Made by a program: the position numbers and the translations under genes
Part shown: positions 46,255 to 58,900 of the stretch, piece by piece
Numbering within the stretch: position 1 is the stretch's first letter
Layout: each line of letters starts with the position of its first letter
Notes under the pieces: generated by a model
What the model saw: the letters and a program-made list of their open reading frames with translations, nothing else
Told to the model about the DNA's origin: nothing
Database searches by the model: none
Source: Trichoplax sp. H2
Lineage: Eukaryota
Direction of reading: 5' to 3'
Length of the DNA stretch: 64,000 bases
NCBI GenBank assembly: GCA_003344405.1
Contig: NOWV01000150.1
Span: 1-64,000, forward strand

Positions 46255-47110
46255 TTTACAGTACAGTACTAGTACTGTACAGTACTGTATGTCGTAAATG
46301 AAATTTTCAGAAAGTGCTCACTATGTACTGTACAGTTATACTGTATGCTATACTGTACACTTGGACAGTACACAGTGTACAGTGTACAGTACACAATGTA
46401 CAGTGTACAGTGTACAGTATAGTACGCCTCACAGACTGTCATTGTACACACGTGCCGAACGCATGCTAACGCCCAAAATGACAACTCATTTCAAAAAATC
46501 GTACGTTTACTGTGCACTGTATGAAGTATGAACTATCACTATTTTAGCCAGTAGTAGAGTTTGCAAGCGATCATGGGAACAACATCTACAAAGAGCCTGC
46601 GTTGCGATCACCTCATACGGTATCATATCACATGGTCTTGATCACGTGCTAATTTAATTAAGGTTAATTAATTTATTTATTTATTTATTCAATTGTACTC
46701 TACTCAGTGTACTGTACAGTGTACAGTACAGTACAGTAGTTGCATTATTTTACCCTTAAAATACTGGCTGCAGACTTTATCTACTGTACTGTACTGTACA
46801 GTACCTTAATAATAAACTTATACAGTAGTACTTAAGAATTAAGAACTGTACTGTACTGTGCATAGTGTACTGTAAAAGGAGGTCACCCGACAATGATTCG
46901 ATTTTTGAGGCAAAAGAATTTTTCCTACTGTACAGTGTACAGTACTGTACGTACAATGTACAGTACATGGTAACGGATTCAAAGTACTGTACTGTACTGT
47001 ACAGTCATCAGTAGTGTACAGTACAGTACCAGACTGTGTGTACTGGATGTACTTTGTATACCGGTGTCAGCGTCATTATATGTATAGTACATTGTACTGT
47101 ACAGTAGAGT
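46255..47110. repeat. Large ACAGT/ACTGT arrays upstream of HMGCR
   Basis: Dense runs at 46255-46445, 46700-46870 and 46925-47105, separated by unique-sequence islands. Confidence 0.88.
46607..46891 (+). promoter_or_regulatory. Candidate SREBP-site cluster in the HMGCR promoter
   Basis: ATCACCTCAT (46607-46616), ATCACATG (46627), ATCACGTG (46641) and GTCACCCGAC (46882-46891); compare SRE-1 ATCACCCCAC and the SREBP E-box ATCACGTGA. Confidence 0.55.
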
Positions 47111-47311
47111 ACGCCCTACTATTACAGGACAGGACAGGCCTACTGTAGACTTTTTATTTATTCCTGCTCTTAGTAACATCGGCTTCAATACGTTTTCGTA
47201 CAGTGCGAAGTGCGTATCATTCCAGTTGAGAGGCAGAGGCCCTTTCTTGTTCGCTGATTCGCAAATCCAATACTTTTCCATAGAAGATTTTTGACGATAA
47301 CTTATTGCAAT

Positions 47312-50300
47312 ATGCAGTTAGCTTCATTATTTCGAAATCATGGAAGATTTTGTGCTTCTCATCCTTGGGAGGTCATAGTAGCAACGTTAACTATTACAGT
47401 TTCGACTTTGTCTTTCAGTTTAAACTCCAATTCTATCGCTGAAGATCTCTGTCGAAACGGAAAATCTTGTGAAAGCCATCAAGATAAAAAGGTAAAAGGA
47501 ACACATTATTTCATGTAATGAGAACCTGTCTTATACTGCACATTACTGTTGTGGTCAGTTTGCTTTTAAATTTGCAATGTATGAAGAGCATAGTGCTATA
47601 TATTAGAACTATTTTGGATTATCTTCGATACAATCTCCAAGCTTAGTTTGAAGTGGTTTATTTGTTCAAAACTTGCGCAATGCCTGTTGAAACATATTGT
47701 ATTTCAATATTTTGCTATTAACTATGAGGCAAGCCGAATAATGGGAAAGTTTGGGTCATGTTAGAATCTAGTGTTCTAGTTGTATCTCATCGTAAAGTGG
47801 ACCTGCATACTTAAAAGATATAGACTGCTTTTGGGGGTTTCCATGTACTGCTTCTCTTAAATTTACAGCACTGTAGTAATAAATAATCCTTCAGCTTACT
47901 ATTGTTATAATTATAATTGGCTTAATCGATCAGATGTAATTCAGGTTCAAACTAATTTCTTAAGTAGTGTATGTCGATACGATCAACATCTGCACTTGGA
48001 CAAGTTAACGCAAAAATTATAAGTCTTAGCTTCGTGCAATCAACATTACAGTACTGACCTACTGTAGTAAATCATAAATCATAATGTAATATTGCCTTGA
48101 GCGGTATCATACTGTACTGTACAGTACTATTACGTACAGAAATGTTGTGCAGCTATGTTATTTGTAGATTTATAGAGTTCCCTTAACTCATTTTAAAACT
48201 AGTTCACAATCGCTACTTTCCGTGCAATTTGATGTATAATTTCGTTTATTCAGAACGTGAATCACGTATATTAATTTTTGCCATTGCTGATCATGATCAA
48301 TATTACCGTTATAACACCGACTCTCCGTCGGATGATGTCAGCACTGTAGCTGTACGTCACTCTAAATGGTAGAGGCTACAATGCCTTAGCGTTTTGTGTT
48401 ATTCAAGTGTAGTTGGAGTGAGATTACACTTGGCGTATCACTAGTGTACAGTAGTGTTTCACTAGTAGTAATTTCTAGTAGTCCATGGTACAGTTGTCTG
48501 ACTGTCTGAGTATGGCTACTTAGATTAACAGCGATACTGTACACGGTACTGTTCATTGTGTGAAGGTGTACGTGACATTGCTAGATCTGACGATATTGCA
48601 CACAAGTTGTTAATTAATTTATTGATGAAATAGGGTATCTAAGTACTATACAGTACGTACTTTGCGAGCTTAATTTACGTATTAACTTGACCTGCCACGC
48701 TCTCATCAAATTGACCATGATTGCCACTAAGTATAAAAAATTCGGAGGACTCAAAATTACCTTATTTAGTCTAATGATGTCGACGAGTACAACTGGACCA
48801 GACCGGACAACGAAACACTGAGAAATTTTCCGGATGTCAATTCGCACCATTTGAAACCTAATGAATTCTTCCCATCCCACTGTATATTCTTTATAATTGT
48901 CAATGGAGACGGGGGATGGCCAGCTCAAGCTTAACATCTAATTTTAAAATTTAGACAAAGTACGCATATGTGCAGTACTGTACTCTGTATAAACCTTTGC
49001 GGTTTAATCCTTGTGATAGTATAATATTCGCGGCGTACGATGACAAATTTTTTATTATTTTGAGGTGTTTATATGGTATCGTTTGTAGCAATTAAAATTA
49101 CTATTAAATTAATACCTTTAACAACAGATGTGTTAACCCATAACTGATTTCATCGACTTTACAATTCTACAGACCCGCGGCGATGTTATTGTTTTGACGA
49201 CCACTAATTGCTTAGTTGTGGTATGTTGGCTATATCTTCAATTCAGAGCCCTTCGTAAGCTTGGTTCTAAGTATCTTCTAGGTATGTGAAATCTTGTCTT
49301 TCAAATGAATTTTATATGATGTTGCCGTATTAATTTACTGAATACCAAATTGATATATTGTAGGAGTTGCTGGTTTATTTACCTTGTTTGCCAGTGTTGT
49401 TTTCACTCTAAGTGCCATTCGTCTGTTGAAACAAGATATAACGGGCTTGAAGTTAGTGGTTAATGGTTATAATTTCTTATCTCGTTGCAAATTTGAGGTC
49501 TTAATGTGATATTATTTGGCGTTTAATTTACTACAGTGAAGCCTTACCTTTCTTTCTATTGTTGATGGACTTATCGCGTGCGAGAAAACTAGCTAAATTT
49601 GCTCTTAATGCAGCGTCCAAGGTAATAGATTCGATTACGCTAATGCTTAATTGATAAACCGATGATATTTATGGTTGGCTGACAATAGTTTATATTATGC
49701 CAAATTGAAGCTAATAACTTTGTTGCTCTAAAATTAATAGGATGAAGTTATAGAAAAAATCGGTGAAGGAATGGCAACTCTCGGGCTTACCATTACTTTG
49801 GATACCTTTGTAGAATCGCTAGTGATTGGTGTCGGTACATCAACAGGTATGTAGTATCACCGATATCTTATTAAGAACAAATTGTGATCGCTTAATCGAG
49901 CTAATTTTGACGTATTTCTTAATTTTATGAAGGCGTGAAAGAACTGGAAAGAATGTGTTGTTTCGGCTGCATATCCGTCATAGCAAATTATCTGATTTTC
50001 ATGACATTCTATCCTGCCTGTTTGTCGTTAGCGTTAGAAGTATGTTATTAAAATAGATTTATGTACTCTTACCTATCAGAATTCCAAATAAGTGATATAA
50101 TCTTTATTTACTTGATAGTTTTCACATGGAAGTTCGGAATACCGTCGTATGTGGGAACTGAACCGTTCATCTATCGATTCCTCTTCATTTAAGCCTAATC
50201 CTGTAGTGCAAAGGGTCAAACTCATCATGGTTTGTAAATGTTACGCCATAATTTAATCACTCACATGCTGTAGTAATTGGAGTAATAACAGTTATGTAAT

Positions 50301-53300
50301 GATATCGTTTACTAATCAGCTGTTTTGAATTGCAATAGTGCGCTGGGCTAATGTTAGTCCATTTCCGCAGTCGGTTCTTTGGCGGAATTGATAATGATCA
50401 AGGATTATCTATTCAATCTATTTTCTCTCAAGAATCAAGCATCTATGAGAAGTGGTGGCAACGGTTAGTTTTATAAAGTTATTCTTAAGAAGCTACTACA
50501 AAAGCTTTCAGCTAAATTCTATTTAATTAATTCAAACTTGCAGAGTTTTGGGGATGAGACCAGAAGAGGTAATATTTCAAGTATCTTATAGTGTAGCTAT
50601 CGTTAAACAGATATAGGATATGAACAATAATTGTAGCTTAAACACAAAAATATCTGTTTAGTTTTAATCGTAAGTTTTAAATCATTACGCAGTACATCAC
50701 CGTAGGAGTTGCTGTATTTCTTGTGCTTAAATATGCACTATGGGAAAAACATGATGATACCGGCAGCAAATTAGCCAAAGAGTTCAAGAAGGATTGTAAT
50801 AAAAAGGAGAAAATTGTTACTAGTAATGGAACTGTAACTGATGCTAAAAACCTCACCGAGAAATTATCGGCAAATGAAAAAAATACGAATGAAAGCTCTC
50901 CGTCAGTACCATTAAAGGCTGGGCGTGAAGTAGTAGCTAGGAAGGAAGAAAACACGAAAGGGGAAGAAGCAAAGCCACAGTTTTTTATCGATACCAACTC
51001 CGATGAAGAATCTGACCGTGATAGTAAAAGTGAAGAAACTGCCGACAGGAAAATACAAGAGAGAGAGAAAACTCTGGAAGAATGCCTTGAAATTCTTAAT
51101 AATAATGAGGTTGGCAAATGTAAATTGCAAATATTTTTTTGTCGTTCATTTTTTAAGACGGGTTATTTTTGTGTAGAAATCTTGTGATCTGTTAACCGAT
51201 AAAGACATCCTGAGGCTTGTTGAGGCTAAACATATTGCTCCATACAAACTCGAATCGGTATTAAATAACCCTGAACGTGGCGTTTCCATTAGGTATGATT
51301 TGATAACCGTGTACATCTTCAGGGATCTTTGATTGCTAATATGCTAAAATTACAAGGCCTTTAAGCTGATCGCCTTCTTTTAATTTATGTTTGGAACAGA
51401 CGTCAAATTCTTAGTCAGAAACTAACTAATGTAAATGCATTGGAGAAACTTCCTCTTAGCAACTATGATTATTCTTTGGTTAGAAGAATATATTTTAGTA
51501 TTTTTAACTATCAAGTTCATGCTAGATCATTGTTTTATCCAGAGAAATCTACATTCTTTAAAAATAACACGTTTATAATTATTATCAATCTTTTAAAATA
51601 GGTTATAGGAGCCTGCTGCGAGAATGTAATTGGTTATACGGCAGTGCCTGTAGGCGTTGCTGGACCTCTATTCTTGGATGGAAAACCGTACCATGTACCA
51701 ATGGCAACTACAGAGGGATGTTTAGTCGCCAGTACCAATCGCGGATGCAGAGCATTAACTGTAAATTATTTTGTGATATTTCCTTAGTTCATCGATGGTC
51801 GTTTATTCTTGCGTGTAAGATTTCAATTTTTTTAACGTAGCAATGTAACGGAGTACGATCTGCTATTTACAATGATGGTATGACTCGAGCACCTGTTGTC
51901 AAGTTTCCTTCTGTAGGAAAAGCTTGGTAAGTTATTGCTTTATGCAATTATTTATTTGCCACTACTGCTAAGATTTAAAAACACTAATAAGCCTTATTCC
52001 TACCATTAGTGAAGCCAAGTTGTGGTTGGACGAACCCGATAACTTTGAAGCTATCCGAAAAGCTTTTAATGCTACTAGTCGGTTAGTTGATTAGTTTATA
52101 TCAATGACTTACGATACACGATAGATAAACTTAAAATACGTAATACAATTTCTATGATATAGATTTGCTCAGCTAGTAGGAATTCATTGCGGTTTGGAGG
52201 GTCCACTGCTTTTTATTAGATTTAAATCCAGAACAGGAGATGCAATGGGAATGAATATGATATCAAAGGTAGTAATACAATTTAGATTATTATTACTGCA
52301 TGCATGTGTCATATTACAACTTTTTATTCTGAAATTTATGCTCACTGTTATTACTTATATAAGGGTACAGATGCTGCTCTTCGGTGTCTGGAAGACGCCT
52401 TTCCGGAAATGGATATTATTAGCTTAAGTGGAAATTACTGTACTGATAAAAAGCCAGCAGCGATCAACTGGTATAGTTTGTGTTCGGTATTACTTAGTAA
52501 TTGCGTCAACTAATGCAATAGCAAATTTTTAAATAGGATTGAAGGTCGAGGTAAATCTGTCGTGTGCGAAGCTGAAATTACCGCGCGAGTCATCAAAGAG
52601 GTAATTCATTATCACATGTTGACAACAACCGTGCAGTAAGGTGTAATATTTGATGTGCTATAATAATGTGTAGATACGATACTACGTTGTTAGAACAACA
52701 TTCATTACCCAGGGACCTCTAAGTTTTCTCTCAGAAGTCCCTACATTACCATAGCACGATAAATTCAAGCACTAGAAGCAATAAGCTAATTGATATTGCA
52801 TAAATTTAAGATTCAAAATTAAAGTATAGATTAACAATATTCATCGTATACATACTTTAGGTTTTAAAAACAACCCCCGAAGATTTAATAGAAGTTAATT
52901 ACGACAAGAATTTAATTGGTTCAGCTATGGCTGCTTCCATTGGTGGTTTTAACGCTCATGCTGCTAATATTGTAACGGCAATATATATTGCTACTGGCCA
53001 GGTAAGGAAAAAATTACTCATCATTCGTTATTTAATTTTAGTTTGGTTCATAAATAATCTTATCTCTATCTTTTCAGGATCCAGCTCAGAATGTTGAAAG
53101 TTCTAATTGTATCACAACCATGGAAAAACATGGTGAAAATGTCAGAATGTATTGTACAATGCCTTGCATAGAAGTTGGAACAGTTGGCGGTGGTACTATA
53201 TTAGGTCCTCAATCTGCTTGCTTAGAGGTAACACTTAGCAATCCCAAAGATTTCCTGTAAATTGAGATTATGATGCAAGATTTTAAGTATTAATAATATA

Positions 53301-53594
53301 ACTAATACTCCTCTCTGTATAGATGTTAGGAATACGCGGTGCAAATGTATCTTCACCAGGAGAAAACGCCAGACAACTAGCTCGGATAGTATGTGCCACT
53401 GTAATGGCAGGTGAACTGTCACTACTTTCTGCTCTCGCTGCCGGGCACTTAGTGAGAAGTCACATGAAATACAATAGGTAAGATCTTTATAAGGTATACA
53501 TAAATCACGCTTCCATTTATTGCGATTTTATAACATTATGTATGATTCTATATTCCATTTTAGATCTGTTGTTAACTTAGCTGGCAAGCGTTGA
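47312..53594 (+). CDS. HMGCR: 3-hydroxy-3-methylglutaryl-CoA reductase (class I, sterol-sensing domain plus catalytic domain)
   Basis: [158 protein letters not shown]. Confidence 0.98.
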
Positions 53595-54577
53595 TAAACT
53601 TTCGTCTTCGACAGCACTGCTCTGTATACGGTTGCTATATTATGCGAAGTGATGTGCTGTACTCTCTTAAAATTTTGCGTTGCTTTTTCCATTCTTATTC
53701 AGTATTGTAAAAGGTTGGTTTTACCGATCACATCAAAATTTTAAAAATGTAGTCAGATTGATGCAAGTGACTAAATTGTTAGTTAATTGCTAATTATACT
53801 GTGTATTGTATACTGCAAATTTATACTATGGAAGCTAAAAGTTCAGCGATTTTCTTTTTTCTGTATATAGTTTATAGTGATGATTATAATGCTTTTGTAG
53901 CATTTAATATTACATTTCCAGAAAGATGCATATCTAATTTAAAACCTTGGAAGCATTCGTTTATATGGTTTTATGATAGTGCTGTTTTTATAAATATATA
54001 TAAGCATATCTTGCAATTTGTAAATTATTATTACGTCATGTAATGTGTCATTTCGAAATATAAACACCTGGATTTATTTATAAAAATCTTGGGATTTTTA
54101 AGAGCTTGCACTGTTTAGTTATCCACGATGAATTAAAATATTTGGTAAGGCTTTCCAATGAAAGGAAATAAAGGAGAGTGTGGTTTATAAAATTGAGTTC
54201 GATAAATAATTGCGGCTTCTGGTTAAATGAATCTATGCGATACTGCTGTAGGTGTAACAAGATTTAATGATGAACGCAAAAGTAGCATTTACTTTTTATA
54301 TAGGGTGAGAAATAGCTGATGATTGATACAGTGTTACTTGCAGATTTATGATGAGCTCGATACTAAGTTGAGTTAAACTTGTTCTATCTACTTTTGTTCG
54401 AATGAATTTACTATGAATGTACAAGTTATTCTCAGATTCTGTAGGGATCTGACGGACATCTGTTTGGAAAACTGTAGTTGAGTAGTAAGTCACTAGTAAC
54501 ATTAGATTATGTTTACGGTTGGTAAATGTACCCACATGAGTCTGGTTACTTTGGTTTGTTGTGATAGGTTTTGCGTA

Positions 54578-54620
54578 CTAAGCCATGGACTACCGGGTAT
54601 TCTAGTAGTCCTTGACTAAG
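54578..54620. repeat. Short CCATGG-bounded palindromic element (related half-copies near 26358, 46156 and 48473)
   Basis: agccatggactac-cgggtattcta-gtagtccttgact is an imperfect inverted repeat. The arm GGTATTCTAGTAGTCCATGG recurs elsewhere in the window. Confidence 0.55.
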
Positions 54621-55299
54621 CACAGTTTCAATATTGAAGTAAGACACTTCATCCTTTAGATCTCATTTTATGCGCCGTATCTTGTACTGTATATTATATT
54701 AGTTTATGGATGACATATGCATTCACTAGATTACTACAGATATCAGTTGAAATAACGCGTGCCAATAAGTCGGTGTACGCTGTACATCACCAGATTACCA
54801 GTACTGTACAGATAAAGTCTATACAAAGTAGAAACTAGCTCATCACTATACTGCACGGTATACTATATTTTTACTATACTGTACTGTATCTCAGATCACA
54901 TTTCCCTGCGTGCATGCAAATATAGACTACAGTACAGTACAGTATTGATATTGAACATTACAATTAATGCCGGAGGACACTTTATGACAAGTATTACAAT
55001 CCGTATTGTACGGCACTGTATTTACCATTTACCTCCATATGCACCTTATCGAAAAGTTCACACTTTAATAATACTAACATCTGTCATCTACTATAATCAG
55101 ATGTAAACAAGACTAGTGGTACGTGATACAGAAAAAGAGTGCTGGATTGGAGATTTTCTGATAGCCGTAATAAATCTGGTACGTAGTGCTAAAGAGCTAA
55201 AAGCGCATAAAAAATTTGTAAGAATTGCATATCGATTGAACCACTTCAAAGCAGAAATCGCTCATTTTACCTTGCGCTACTGCAATAATAACGAAGCAT

Positions 55300-55630
55300 A
55301 GTACAGTATTGCAATAACTACTGCAATAACGAAGTATGGTATTGTGGTCCATGACCGAGTGCTTACTGGAGTACTGTACTGTACTGTACTGTATACTGTA
55401 TTCAGACTAAAATACGGACGTGGCCGGTACAAGCGTACATGGTACGCTGGCATAGCCATGTACTGTACGAACAGTACTGTACAGTACTGTACGTAAGGGA
55501 AAACTATGCAGATTCACTACCGTACACGTACTGTAGAACTGTAAAGTACTGTAATGTTCTACAGTACTGTACAGTACTGTACAGTACAGTGTACAGTACG
55601 TACACCAGAGTACAGTACTGTACTGTGCCT
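55300..55630. repeat. ACAGT/ACTGT array upstream of DMXL (minor array at 54780-54945)
   Basis: gtactgtactgtactgtactgt...acagtactgtacagtactgtacagtacagtgtacagtac. Confidence 0.85.
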
Positions 55631-55907
55631 AAACTACCCTAATTTCGTAACCGATTCCAGTTAAATACAGAACTGATGTAGCAGTTAATTTAAGCACGGC
55701 AACTCTCCAGTCTCCATACAGCACAGTATAATAATTTCGCAGGAAGTCAAGGTTGTCACATGATTTGATATACAGTACCCGTAGATTGATAAAATGGTGA
55801 ATGAACGTATGTCTCCTTAGCTAGCTGATTCCATCGTTTCTATCCACCATTTACTATTATTAAAGGTTTTAGCTGCGTTAACCTAAGTTATCCTTTAAGC
55901 AAGAGAA

Positions 55908-58900
55908 ATGAGAGAACATCAGGTTTTAACGGGCACGGCTAATCTAGGTGATAGCACAGTGTCTGTAGGCTACGTCGACGGCATTGCAATCGTGGTAAGT
56001 AGTGAGACGACAGAAATATGTAGGTTGATATCTTCTTTTCTAATTCAGCCCGATTGACTTCTTGGGCGAGCATATTTACTTCAATATTTTCTGAAGCAGC
56101 ATATGGATACTGCAGACTTTTACCTGAGAATTGAAGCAATTATTGCACATTAAGATCTTGTCATTAATGGAATAGTAGCTAAACTCATTATTGCGATATA
56201 TTGAAATCAATTTTCTGGCCGTATACCAACTGTACTACTTTGGCTCGTGCAAATTCGTAAATTAATCAGTCACCATTGATTCAGCATTACTGTCCATAAT
56301 CACTACGTGATTTGGGTATGACTAACTGCAAATGAATCTATGTAACGCTTGCATTTTTATGTATAGTGTGTTGCTTATATTTTAATCATTGCTTAGATAA
56401 AATCAATACAGTTGAATACCTGACTACAGTAATTAAAATCAACAGTGTGAACCATGTTGAATCCCACTACAGTACAGTGCTTATCTTTATTAATTATAAT
56501 TATCACACGATTCAAATACTGTATTAATTCACTCTCTTTAGCCAGATTACAGTACTCATACTTGTTTCATTTCTATTAATTTCTCTTCTCATATTCTACG
56601 ATTTTGGTGTTTATTTGGACCATGATAGGCATACGCTTCTGGTTGTGATGTTGTCATTTTATCTGGCCAATTTCAACGTATTCAGACCATTGCTGACCTG
56701 CATCCTAGTATCGCTCTGATATCTTGCTTGCGTTGCGCTGAAGTTGGAGGCAAGGTAAATATATTAGGCCATGATTAATGCAATGAATATTTACTTACTT
56801 TCAAAGAATTATCAATTTCTTATATAGCTCTATATATTTTATTGCTACAATATGGATATCATCATATCAGTGAGGTATCGTAGTGTACTTGAACGTAAAT
56901 GATCCTCATAGTTGTATACTGTACAATATTACATGAGTGCTATTTGACATGAGCCTTATTACAAATATTGTTTGACATACCCAGTCGTAACTGTAATTTC
57001 GAGTCATACATTGTGATACTCGTATATAGAAATATTGATGACTGATACTACAGTAACTTTTTTGATATTTGAAAGCCTTATTATTCCTAAGATATATTCG
57101 AAAAATGAATTATTATACTTCAACGATATACACGCTAGGAAGTAATCTCTTTGATTTTCTTATACAGATTGCTGTGGGAATCGAAAATTGCGTTTATATT
57201 ATTGAACCTAAACTAGTATCTTCTAAGGATATAGCACGGGTAAGCCTACATATGTGGTACAATAATATACATAGGTATACAGCAATTTCATAAGCAGAGA
57301 TAGCTTTTGATAGCATGTTTCCGTTGTACAGCTTGCTAATACGGTGCAGTACGAGTAAACTTTACTGTAAAGTTGTATCCCTTCAAAACATAGACAACTA
57401 CGTATCAATCATAAGAGGACTTATGCTGCAGTATGGCATGGCCTCCGATGAAATACGCTACATGTAGTATCCGAATGTCATTCAATGTATATTATCATAG
57501 TCTTCGAGCTAGCTACAATAGAAAATATTTGTACTCGTAGTAGATATTTCTATAGGATGTATAGTATAATTTATTTATATTTAGAACCCTTGATGTAATA
57601 TCAACAGAATAAACGATTTTATGTTTTACTACGGTAATATAATTTTATATGCGCTCTACGTAGGACACTGCATCATACTTTTGGGAAAAAGCTGCAGTTA
57701 TTACTACCGAAAGCAACGTAACGAACTTGCGTTGGACTCGTGATGGTAAGCTTAGTTATACGATAGGATTCGGTTTACAAGCAACATCGATACAAGTATT
57801 ACAGTAGATCCTTCAATTTTAGCGTCTAGGCTATTAATTGTAAGCGATGTCTTGCAAATGTGGAGTACCGATTTGGGACACATATATGAAGATTCTACAG
57901 ATACTGATGACGCTCTTACTTGGAAATGTATTTGGCATTACAGGCATGTCGTTTATAAATAATTTGACGGGTTATAATCGTAGCCAGAAGTGCAGTTTTA
58001 TTCTTTCTTCATAAATTATCATTCGTTTACTTCAAATTCTGTCATTTTTAATAGAGATTGCATAATAATATGTTATGCTGATTATATCTAGGACTATTGC
58101 ACCTATTCGACTCGTGGAGTTCTCTCCAGATGATGAACTATTTGCTACTGCAGGCGAGGTAATAATAAAGTATGAAAGAGAAGAATTTATTGCATGTTCA
58201 TTATTGTCAATATAGGCGAGAGCATTGCCAATATTACGGTTAACATTGTTTTAAATTTATTCATTTATTAACACATAACCATTACCATAATCGGTATCTT
58301 TTATTTTAAAATAATGCAAATCCTAGGACGACTGCATGGTGAAAATATGGTATAGTTCTAAAGATTCAAATGGTTCTTCGGATGAAAGTATGTCACTATA
58401 TTTATGGTTATTTTATAATTAATTATTGCTTCTATATGCTATTCATACTAACGAAATTCTCTTGGTTGCCTTTCAACCCCCTTTCATTATTATGTTTATC
58501 GTAGCTCATGCTTCTTCAGCGGATACTAGATACAGCTTCATATATATTACGCATCCTAGAGCAGTTACTGGATTCTCTTGGCGAAGCACCAGTAAACACA
58601 TGTTAAAGTAAGTACAGTGATGTGAAGATAAGTTTTTATTTATTATTACTCGACTATAAGCACAGTACAGTTGTGTTCTTAATATATATCGATACTGTCT
58701 TATTACTTTAATAGAAAAACCGTAGCCAATGTTCTACTTACATGTTGTATGGATGATATATGTCGAATTTGGAAAGAAACCCTGCCTTATTATCATCCAT
58801 TAGAGCACCAATCCCAGGAAATATCGGATAAAAATCCTTCAATCCATATAGGTAACTCTCAGCGCCCTGGTAATACTTCTGATGGAGAAATAAGAAAAAA

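Noticed and set aside
46255-47110. Repeat/unique alternation superficially like a CRISPR array
   Set aside because: Units are degenerate 5-mers without a constant 25-45 nt repeat or regular spacers; the context is eukaryotic and no cas genes are present.
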